DNA of 61,544 nucleotides from Candidatus Omnitrophota bacterium (GTDB lineage Bacteria; Omnitrophota; Gorgyraeia; 2-01-FULL-45-10): NCBI GenBank assembly GCA_003142795.1, contig PLNN01000028.1, positions 1 to 61,544 of the forward strand, read 5' to 3'. Shown piece by piece: positions 54,518 to 61,544 of this stretch (position 1 is its first letter; each line of letters starts with the position of its first letter). The notes under the pieces were generated by a model. It saw only the letters and a program-made list of their open reading frames with translations, ran no database searches and was not told where the DNA came from. The position numbers and the translations under genes were made by a program.

Positions 54518-57500
54518 TACTCTTCTTTCTTCATTACTGTAAGGAACGCGCTTACGGCCGCGGGGTCGAACTGCGTCCCGGAACCGCTTTTGATTATCGT
54601 TATAGCTTCCTTCTTGGGGAAGGCCTTACGATAAGGACGATTTGATGTAAGGGCCTGATATACATCCGCCACCGCTATCGCGCGCGCGCCTATCGGTATC
54701 TCTTCTTTTTTCAGGCCGGCAGGGTAGCCTTTACCGTCCCATCTTTCATGATGATAGAGCACAAGCGGCACTATGTCATGCATAAATTGTATGGGCCGTA
54801 TGATGTCTGCCGCGATCTGCGGGTGCTTCTTTATCTCGTCAAATTCTTTTTTAGTGAGCTTGCCCTTCTTGTGGAGTATCTTATCGCTTATGCCGACCTT
54901 GCCCAGATCGTGCAATACTGCCGCCTCCCTGATATTCTCTATCTCCTGCAAAGGCAGGTTCATTTCTCTGGCTACCTCTATAGCGTAATGGACCGTGCTC
55001 TCGCCGTGTTCACCCGTATAGTGGTCTCTAAGCTCTATCGTCTTGGCAAAAGCAAAGATAGACTCGATCAGGCTCTGTTTGCCTTTCTTGGTAAGTTTCT
55101 CTATCTTCTCTTTCAGGGCCCTTACGTCCGTAGACTCCACCGATTCTTTAGGCGGCGCATACTTTTTAGTCGCGATGTCCGCCGAGGAACAGACCCTGTT
55201 GCCGCCGATCTCTTTGACCTTATTCAATATGATATCCGTCAGATTGATCAGATCGATACCCCTGGTAACCTTGTCCTCCGGGAAAGAAGCGACAGCGGCG
55301 CTGACCTTTAACCTGGCGCTCTGTTTCTTATTTCCGAAATCATACATCCCGATGGTATCCAGTATTCTCTGTCCCAGCATCAGTATTTTAGCCCTGTTCA
55401 CGCCGGGACATATCACGACAAACTCTTCGCCGCCGAACCTGACCACTATGTCATACCTTCGGACTATCCTCCTTAAAAGCTTTGCAAATTGTTTTAAGAC
55501 CAGGTCGCCGAACTGGTGGCCGTAAACGTCGTTTATCGATTTAAAATAGTCTATGTCTATCATCATGACCGAAAGAGGATGCGCATATCTTATGGCGCGA
55601 TACAATTCCGGCTCTATGAATTCGCTCAAGTAGCGATGATTGTAAAGGCCTGTCTGCGAGTCCTTCAACGCCAGCTGCTTAAGCTTCTTATTCGAGTCCA
55701 ACAGCTCTTTATTCAGAAGCTCGCGTTCCTTTTCCGCGCGTTTTCTCTCGGCGAGCATGTGCGCGTTCTCAAGAGCGACAGATACGCTTGCGGCAAGCCC
55801 CTGGAGCATAAAAACGTCCTGCGTGTCAAAAGGTAGCTTGTTCTCTTTATTATGTATCTCGAAACATCCCAGCGCTTCACCTTTCCGGTTTATGATAGGA
55901 ACGCTGACAAGATTATATAAGCTGAAGGCCTTCTGCTTTTCAGGCAATATCCGCTCGTCATGTTCTGCATTATTAGAAATATAAGGCTTCATCGTCTTGA
56001 CCAGACACCCGGGTATCCCTCTTTTGGAATCGATCATAAAACTGATCGGGACTATCTTACCGTTCTTATTATATTCGCTGAATTTCATCTTGCCGCCTAT
56101 CAGGAGCCCTGCCATTCCTCCACTGGCGCCTACCAGTTCCATGGCAGCTGCTACAAGGGTACGCAAAATTATCGGTATCTCGAGCACCGCGTTTATGTGC
56201 TGGCTGGTCCGGGACAGGATCTCCAGCTGCTCATCGCGTTTCATTAAGCCGTCTTCCTGCTTCTTGCGCTCCGTTATATCGCGCGCAAAAGCAAAGTTAT
56301 ATTCATTCCCTTCGAATTCCAGATAGTTTATGGTGATCTCTACGGGAAAGGTAGTGCCCTCCTTCCTCCGGTGCCTGGATTCAAAGGTCATCGTGCCCTT
56401 CTCTTTTAACTCTTTCCAGTGACCGGGCCATATGTCAGGAGGGAAATTGGGATCGATATCATGCACTGTCATGTTTGCCAATTCTTCGCGGGAATATCCC
56501 AGCACCTGGCAGGTGTTCTCATTGACGTATAATATCCGCGCGTCCGGGGCGATCCAAAACGTGGAGTCGGATGCGTGTTCTATTGAAAAATGCGTAAGAT
56601 GGGAAATATCTTCGGCATTCTTACGATCTTCTTCGACGCCGATGGCGGAAGAGATAATGCCCAGGATCTCTTTATCTTCTTCGGTAGGAACAAAATCATA
56701 TTTATATAATACACACAGGGTCCCTATGCACTCATCGCCGAATTTGACAGCCCGGCCCACATAAGTTTCCAATCCATATTTCTTAACGCCCGGGTCTGTA
56801 TTCGCGTAATCTGTCTCCTGCAAATTTCTTATAGTTATAATATCGTTGCTTTTCTTGCATATCACATCATAACAGATATGTCCTTCGGGACTGCTGATAG
56901 CATTGAAATCGCCCGGGACATGCCATTGTCCGCACGAATAGAGTTTGCCTTCTTCAAGTTTGTTGTAGAGAGCGCAGTCAGCGCTCAAAAGCTCCCCGCA
57001 TAGGGCGGTAAGGCGCCTGATATTATCCAGCGGGTCAACGCCGAAATGTATGAATGCCTCATTTATTTTTTTAAGCCTCTCCTCGGTCTGTTTGCGTTCA
57101 TTGATGTCGCGAATTATCGCCAAGATACGGTATTTGCCGCCTATAATGGCGCGTTTTAAGCTTATCTCGACCCAGAAAAACCTGTTTGCCTTATCTTTGG
57201 CCAGCCATTCAAATATTTGTGGTTCGCCATCAGCGGCTTTCTTTATCAGATTTCTGAGCGCGTCTGTGGTGTAAGGGGCCTCGCCTGAGTTTAGACCGTC
57301 AGCGCTAAGCCTTAGAAGCTCTTCCTTGGGGTAGCAAAACATCTCGCACGCTTTATTATTAACATCGATTATCCTGGCCGCCTCGATATCTTCGACAAAT
57401 ATGGCATCGTTGGCAGAATTGAATATGGCGCCGTAGTTCGCTTCGGAGAAACGGGATACTACTTCGTCGATTTTCTTATGTTCGGCCTCTTCGGCTTTCA

Positions 57501-57576
57501 GCTCATCAATAGTTTTGAGCGAATTGGCCAGTGCCGCCACAAGCTCTTCTTTTGTCTTATTGTTATAATCTTCCAT
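54517..57576 (-). CDS. Multidomain c-di-GMP signalling protein: PAS-GAF-PAS-GAF-GGDEF-HD-GYP
   Basis: GGEEF active-site motif (RFGGEEFVVI), the HD...HHERWDGKGYP block of HD-GYP phosphodiesterases, and PAS/GAF-like sensory repeats upstream. Confidence 0.85.
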   Translation of the reverse strand: MEDYNNKTKEELVAALANSLKTIDELKAEEAEHKKIDEVVSRFSEANYGAIFNSANDAIFVEDIEAARIIDVNNKACEMFCYPKEELLRLSADGLNSGEAPYTTDALRNLIKKAADGEPQIFEWLAKDKANRFFWVEISLKRAIIGGKYRILAIIRDINERKQTEERLKKINEAFIHFGVDPLDNIRRLTALCGELLSADCALYNKLEEGKLYSCGQWHVPGDFNAISSPEGHICYDVICKKSNDIITIRNLQETDYANTDPGVKKYGLETYVGRAVKFGDECIGTLCVLYKYDFVPTEEDKEILGIISSAIGVEEDRKNAEDISHLTHFSIEHASDSTFWIAPDARILYVNENTCQVLGYSREELANMTVHDIDPNFPPDIWPGHWKELKEKGTMTFESRHRRKEGTTFPVEITINYLEFEGNEYNFAFARDITERKKQEDGLMKRDEQLEILSRTSQHINAVLEIPIILRTLVAAAMELVGASGGMAGLLIGGKMKFSEYNKNGKIVPISFMIDSKRGIPGCLVKTMKPYISNNAEHDERILPEKQKAFSLYNLVSVPIINRKGEALGCFEIHNKENKLPFDTQDVFMLQGLAASVSVALENAHMLAERKRAEKERELLNKELLDSNKKLKQLALKDSQTGLYNHRYLSEFIEPELYRAIRYAHPLSVMMIDIDYFKSINDVYGHQFGDLVLKQFAKLLRRIVRRYDIVVRFGGEEFVVICPGVNRAKILMLGQRILDTIGMYDFGNKKQSARLKVSAAVASFPEDKVTRGIDLINLTDIILNKVKEIGGNRVCSSADIATKKYAPPKESVESTDVRALKEKIEKLTKKGKQSLIESIFAFAKTIELRDHYTGEHGESTVHYAIEVAREMNLPLQEIENIREAAVLHDLGKVGISDKILHKKGKLTKKEFDEIKKHPQIAADIIRPIQFMHDIVPLVLYHHERWDGKGYPAGLKKEEIPIGARAIAVADVYQALTSNRPYRKAFPKKEAITIIKSGSGTQFDPAAVSAFLTVMKKEE

Positions 57577-57584
57577 ATTCGCCT

Positions 57585-58562
57585 TTATTTCGCTCCCGCG
57601 CTAGCGCCATATTTTACGCTCTCTACCTTTGACGCCGGAATGCTGAACATAAACTCACCCTTCTCTTTTTTTATGGTTATGATCACGCCGTTTGAATTAT
57701 TTACCAGGATACGCCCCTCATAAACACCTCCATCTTTCAATTTTACTTTGTCTAAAGTGCTCTTTTCCGGCAAAACAGGCGGCGGGACAGGGTTAACCGG
57801 TGCCTGCTTCGGCAAAGCCGGCTTATCCGGACGATCTCTTTTTACAACGATCTTTACGCGCGATGCCTGCTTTGCGATATAAGAAGTAATGTCGTCTATA
57901 AATAAAGGATTAACGAACAAATACATTATTGTATAGAGACCGACGATCGCAAGAACAGAAAGAGCAAAGATATCTGTCACGAAGATACGCTTCATAGCGC
58001 CGGGCGAAACGATCATCTTCCGGCCGTGTCTTTTCGAGAAATACATTGCCTTATCGGCTTTCCCGATCAATTCTTCGACCGTCTGCGCATCTTTAGGGAA
58101 AGTCGCAATGCCGGCGCTAAGCGTGATCTTATATGATTTATTCTGCGCCAGAAAAGGCTGATAAAACGCGCTGGCATTAAAATTTTTTAGGGACCGTGTT
58201 ATCTTAGCCATATCTGTATCGAGCGATATCACGATAAATTCATCCCCGCCGTAGCGAAAGAAATAATTCGAGTCCTCCCCCATCACGGAACGCAACATCT
58301 CGGAGGCGTATTTCAGGATCTCATCCCCGAAAACGTGACCAAGTTTATCGTTAAAATTCTTAAAATGGTCGAGATCGACAAGCGTCAGGAAGAGCAGCTT
58401 CCTTTCACTCGCGGCCTCAAGTATATTCTCCTGCAGGAATTCTTTTAACGACTCTCTCGAAAATAACCCAGTGAGATGGTCTACCGGCATTCGCTCTAAC
58501 ATAGTGTAGATAAATATATCATAATAATAGGCAAAATGCAACCCGGGTGAGCAAGATTTCAC
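57585..58562 (-). CDS. GGDEF diguanylate cyclase with a C-terminal TM helix and a proline-rich extracytoplasmic tail
   Basis: RYGGDEF active site. A TM helix (IFALSVLAIVGLYTIMYLFV) lies after the catalytic domain. The likely start is MLERMPVD (about 58502). Confidence 0.8.
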   Translation of the reverse strand: MKSCSPGLHFAYYYDIFIYTMLERMPVDHLTGLFSRESLKEFLQENILEAASERKLLFLTLVDLDHFKNFNDKLGHVFGDEILKYASEMLRSVMGEDSNYFFRYGGDEFIVISLDTDMAKITRSLKNFNASAFYQPFLAQNKSYKITLSAGIATFPKDAQTVEELIGKADKAMYFSKRHGRKMIVSPGAMKRIFVTDIFALSVLAIVGLYTIMYLFVNPLFIDDITSYIAKQASRVKIVVKRDRPDKPALPKQAPVNPVPPPVLPEKSTLDKVKLKDGGVYEGRILVNNSNGVIITIKKEKGEFMFSIPASKVESVKYGASAGAK

Positions 58563-58601
58563 AATTGGATGCCTATTATTTGATTAAAGATTAAATTTAA
58601 T

Positions 58602-58631
58602 TTGACAATTTTACATATAATATGGTATTTT
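58602..58631 (+). promoter_or_regulatory. Candidate promoter TTGACA-N18-TATTTT for the sigma gene, 7 nt before the ATG (possibly leaderless)
   Basis: TTGACA is at 58602-58607 and TATTTT at 58626-58631, with ATG at 58639. No SD lies in between. Confidence 0.3.
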
Positions 58632-58638
58632 ACCCACA

Positions 58639-59241
58639 ATGAAAGATGTATACCCTGAAGATGACACTAATATCGTAAAGGCATGCGTAAATGGTGATTT
58701 AAGTGCCTGGTCGCGATTGACGCAAAAATATGAACGCCTTATATATGCCGCTATAGTAAGCTGCCTGGGAAAATACGGCTTTACCCTTCCACCGCAGGAT
58801 ATCGAAGATATAAGGCAGAATGTCCTGACAGCTGTCTGGAAAGGCGAAAAACTCAAGAATATAAAGAACCGGAAAAATATCTCTTACTGGCTTGCAATAG
58901 TGTCGGGTAATAAAGCCATGGAATATATGCGGGCCAAACGCTCACAGGATATACCGAAGCCGATCGGGCTTACGTATGAGTCCGGCGAAGAGCTGAAAGA
59001 GCCGGCATATGCTTTCGGCTCCGATGCTTCCGACGACCTGACGCGAAAAGAGATCCTGGAAAATATAGAGGATGCAATAGGCGCATTACCTTATAAAGAA
59101 AAGCTCATGATCAAGCTTAACATTTACCATGATAAAAAGTTCCGTGAAATAGCCGAGATACTGAACATCCCGGAAGGCACCGTATCAAGTTACGTGAAAA
59201 GAGCTAAGGAAGAATTAAGGCGAAAATTGAAAGATTTTTAA
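58639..59241 (+). CDS. ECF-type RNA polymerase sigma-70 family factor
   Basis: Region 2 (W..L...Y...IY) and a region 4 HTH (FREIAEILNIPEGTVSSYVKRAK). The size is typical of an ECF sigma. Confidence 0.85.
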   Translation: MKDVYPEDDTNIVKACVNGDLSAWSRLTQKYERLIYAAIVSCLGKYGFTLPPQDIEDIRQNVLTAVWKGEKLKNIKNRKNISYWLAIVSGNKAMEYMRAKRSQDIPKPIGLTYESGEELKEPAYAFGSDASDDLTRKEILENIEDAIGALPYKEKLMIKLNIYHDKKFREIAEILNIPEGTVSSYVKRAKEELRRKLKDF

Positions 59242-59246
59242 AATAA

Positions 59247-59276
59247 TTGCAATAATTTTGCAGTTTTTAGCATCTT
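59247..59276 (+). promoter_or_regulatory. ECF-promoter-like motif, copy 1 (TTGCAATAA-N13-AGCATCTT)
   Basis: Conserved blocks with spacing identical to copy 2. It lies 17 nt upstream of ATG 59294 of the anti-sigma gene. Confidence 0.35.
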
Positions 59277-59740
59277 TATATACGGGGGACCTTATGACAA
59301 AAATAGAGATAAAAAAATCGGCCCATCCGACTGAAGAAGAGCTTGCAGCTTATCTGGGTGATTCTTTGCCAAAGCATGAAAGACAAGGATGCGTTGAGCA
59401 CCTTGCTTCCTGCGCGGATTGTCTGGTAAAAGCAGTATCGGCTTATGAAACTGTCAAAGTATTCGAAAAAGACCGGCCCAAAAAAAGAAAGGTAAATATT
59501 ATGAAAAAGATAAATATCTATATGGTCCTGGCATCCATATCATTCGTGCTGTCATTTTTAACGCCCCGCTATTTCCTGCAGTTACTGGTAGCCACTCTAG
59601 TTTTGGGGACAAAGTGGATATCGGATTCAAAGTCGACTAAAATGCTGGTCATGATATACGAGGCGTGGAAAAGAGACGGAGAAAAAGGAGCCTCCCGTAT
59701 CCTTGAAACGCTGGATAAGCGGACCAAAAACAGGTTTTAG
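59258..59740 (+). CDS. Putative anti-sigma factor (zf-HC2) with one TM helix
   Basis: H-x3-C-x2-C motif (HLASCADC), followed by the TM helix IYMVLASISFVLSFL. The more likely start is ATG 59294 (MTKIEIKK), preceded by GGGGGA. Confidence 0.65.
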   Translation: MQFLASLYTGDLMTKIEIKKSAHPTEEELAAYLGDSLPKHERQGCVEHLASCADCLVKAVSAYETVKVFEKDRPKKRKVNIMKKINIYMVLASISFVLSFLTPRYFLQLLVATLVLGTKWISDSKSTKMLVMIYEAWKRDGEKGASRILETLDKRTKNRF

Positions 59741-59825
59741 AAAATAATTCCATCCTCTACATCGCTATGCGCCCTTCCTATCATTTTTCATTGTTAACCG
59801 TCTACAAAAAATTATTTTAAAATAT

Positions 59826-59855
59826 TTGCAATAAAATAACGGTTTTAAGCATCTT
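59826..59855 (+). promoter_or_regulatory. ECF-promoter-like motif, copy 2 (TTGCAATAA-N13-AGCATCTT)
   Basis: The same two blocks and the same 13-nt spacing as copy 1. It lies about 38 nt upstream of the spoVG ATG 59894. Confidence 0.35.
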
Positions 59856-59884
59856 ATATAGTGAGGGGTAAATTGTGAAAGGAG

Positions 59885-60157
59885 GTGAATAGAATGATAC
59901 GGGATGATCTGAAGCTGGAAGTGACAAGACTTCATAAGCTGGATGGCAAAAGCGCGACAAAAGCCTTCTGCGACCTATCGATACTCGATAGCCTTGTTAT
60001 AAACGGGCTTAGAGTGGTCGAGGGCAAGGATGGCCTGTTCGTGAGCATGCCCCGCGAAGAAGGTAAAGACGGCAAGTGGTACAACACCGTAATACCGTTA
60101 AAACGGGAAGTAAAGGATGAAATAGAAAAGATAGTACTGGAAGCTTACGGAGGGTAA
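59885..60157 (+). CDS. spoVG: SpoVG-family protein
   Basis: KAF.D....D..VI.GLRVVEGK.GLFV.MP........K..D...P...E....I...VL.AY pattern. ATG 59894 with AGGAGG 7 nt upstream is a better start than GTG 59885. Confidence 0.85.
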   Translation: MNRMIRDDLKLEVTRLHKLDGKSATKAFCDLSILDSLVINGLRVVEGKDGLFVSMPREEGKDGKWYNTVIPLKREVKDEIEKIVLEAYGG

Positions 60158-60161
60158 TGAG

Positions 60162-60536
60162 TTGGGCCGGGAGAATAAGATAACGGGTATGCGCGGCGAG
60201 AAGATGGCCGTAAAATTCCTTAAGAAAAACGGCTACAAGATCCTGAAGACTAATTTCAGGACGCCCCTGGGCGAGATCGATGTTATTGCCAGGCAAAAAG
60301 ACGTCACGGTCTTCGTTGAAGTAAAGACCCGTATATCCTCTTCTTTCGGCCCGCCCTGCCTGTCCGTAACAAGGGCCAAACAAAGACATATCATCAATAA
60401 CGCACTTTGTTATCTGAAAGGGCGAGGGCTTGTTTATTCAAATTGGCGCATCGACGTAGTATCAATAAAACTGGATCATGAATATAAAGCGAAAAGCATA
60501 GAATTGATAGAAAATGCCGTTGAGGAACAATATTGA
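60162..60536 (+). CDS. yraN: YraN-family (UPF0102) endonuclease-like protein
   Basis: G..GE..A..FL...GY.IL..N.R...GEIDVIA......VFVEVKTR pattern. Confidence 0.85.
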   Translation: MGRENKITGMRGEKMAVKFLKKNGYKILKTNFRTPLGEIDVIARQKDVTVFVEVKTRISSSFGPPCLSVTRAKQRHIINNALCYLKGRGLVYSNWRIDVVSIKLDHEYKAKSIELIENAVEEQY

Positions 60537-60570
60537 TCTCAAATGGCAAACGGACCAAAAGGAGGACAAT

Positions 60571-61544
60571 GTGGTTGCTAAGATATATTCGGCGTGCGTT
60601 ATAGGCATTGACGCCCGCGAGGTTACAGTGGAAATGGATACAGCCGGAGGCTTGCCCGGGATCAATATAATAGGATTGCCGGATCCCGCGATAAGAGAAT
60701 CTCGCGACCGGATCAAGGCCGCTATAAAAAATTCCGATTTTGAATTTCCCGCAAGAAAGATAACCATAAATCTCGCGCCTGCCGATATCAAAAAAGAAGG
60801 CGCTTCTTTCGACCTTCCGATCGCGCTGTCGGTCCTATTGTCCGAAGGGGCCATCGAATGCGAAAAGCTGGATGAATATATATTTTGCGGCGAACTGTCG
60901 CTGGACGGAAAACTTAAACCTATCAAGGGGGCGCTCCCGATAGCCATGGCATTAAATAAAATGGGTAAGAAAAAATTCATCCTGCCGAAAGAGAACGCCA
61001 AAGAAGCGGCTGTCACAAAAGAAGTCGAGGTATATCCTTTGGAGACCCTGAGGGACGTGGTCAACTTCATCAATAAAAAGATAGATGTGAAACCGCATGA
61101 ATCGAATGTGGAGCTTATGATAAAAAGGAACTCCAAATATAAAATAGATTTTAACGACGTCAAGGGCCAGGAGCATGTCAAGCGCGGCCTTGAAGTGGCC
61201 GCCGCTGGAGGGCACAATGTCCTTTTGATCGGGCCGCCCGGCTCCGGGAAGAGTATGCTGGCCAAAAGGCTTCCGACGATACTTTCTGAAATGACGCTTG
61301 AAGAATCGCTTGAAACCTCAAAGATCCATAGCGTCGCGGGACTCCTGTCTCCCAATAAAGGCCTGACCGGCACCCGCCCCTTTCGTTCGCCTCACCATAC
61401 CATTTCGGATTCCGCTCTTGTCGGCGGCGGTACAAATCCGATCCCAGGCGAAATAAGCCTCGCGCACAACGGTGTCTTGTTTTTAGACGAACTTCCGGAA
61501 TTTAAGCGGAACGTCTTGGAGGTCCTGCGCCTGCCGCTCGAAGC
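60571..61544 (+). CDS. comM: YifB/ComM-family Mg-chelatase-like AAA+ protein, N-terminal 324 codons (continues past the window end)
   Basis: Absent from the ORF track because it is open at the window edge. GTG at 60571 follows AAAGGAGGA. The Lon-protease-like N-domain has [18 protein letters not shown] and [28 protein letters not shown] and Walker [12 protein letters not shown] follow. I read it without a stop to 61544. Confidence 0.9.
   Translation, partial: MVAKIYSACVIGIDAREVTVEMDTAGGLPGINIIGLPDPAIRESRDRIKAAIKNSDFEFPARKITINLAPADIKKEGASFDLPIALSVLLSEGAIECEKLDEYIFCGELSLDGKLKPIKGALPIAMALNKMGKKKFILPKENAKEAAVTKEVEVYPLETLRDVVNFINKKIDVKPHESNVELMIKRNSKYKIDFNDVKGQEHVKRGLEVAAAGGHNVLLIGPPGSGKSMLAKRLPTILSEMTLEESLETSKIHSVAGLLSPNKGLTGTRPFRSPHHTISDSALVGGGTNPIPGEISLAHNGVLFLDELPEFKRNVLEVLRLPLE

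Noticed and set aside
60462-61373. A 303-aa minus-strand ORF at the right end.
   Set aside because: It is antisense to a clear comM/yifB reading frame (Walker A and Lon-like N-domain motifs on the plus strand). Its low-complexity Ser/Pro/Leu-rich translation is typical of a shadow ORF.
1-61544. A search for CRISPR arrays, tRNA/rRNA genes, IS elements, integrases, or prophage and defence-island hallmarks.
   Set aside because: Intergenic spacers are short (mostly under 150 bp), AT-rich and lack cloverleaf-like or repeat-spacer structure. No ORF shows transposase, integrase, restriction or Cas-like motifs. The only DNA repeats are the ones reported.

Overview
This is a gene-dense 61.5-kb window from what looks like an uncultivated diderm bacterium. 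MlaFED, LolCD(E) and a TpsB/ShlB-type outer-membrane transporter are present. The housekeeping gene order is strikingly Bacillus-like: mcsA-mcsB-clpC ... yacL-ispD-ispF-cysE-cysS, tmk-holB-ricT-metG, and spoVG. A guess of an Omnitrophota-like candidate lineage would be inference only.

Positions 1-58562 carry 46 consecutive minus-strand genes. The strand flips at about 58.6 kb to an ECF sigma/anti-sigma pair followed by spoVG, yraN and comM.

Two genes run off the window edges and are missing from the supplied ORF track, but direct translation shows both are open. The first is a minus-strand gene of more than 1212 codons (1..3638). It has a Sec-like signal, hydrophobic segments, an HELGH...E MA-clan metallopeptidase motif, three tandem novel modules, and a 110-bp internal DNA repeat at 88% identity. 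The second is comM/yifB (60571..>61544).

The most unusual locus is a 3110-aa giant protein with a signal peptide (22188..31520). It embeds a mutarotase-like domain, a transaldolase-like domain with the Schiff-base lysine block retained, and three winged-helix-like modules. It ends in its own terminator. Downstream lies an 11-gene glycan assembly/export cluster:
- a GT-C ArnT/PMT-like enzyme
- two GT2 enzymes
- a Wzm/Wzt-like ABC exporter
- an FAD oxidoreductase
- two tandem radical SAM/SPASM paralogs
- three uncharacterised GT-A-like genes

A TatD-radical SAM fusion follows the cluster.

I recognised no rRNA, tRNA, CRISPR array, transposase or integrase. All family assignments rest on motifs read by eye and were not checked against databases. 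Sub-gene coordinates are approximate to within a few nt.
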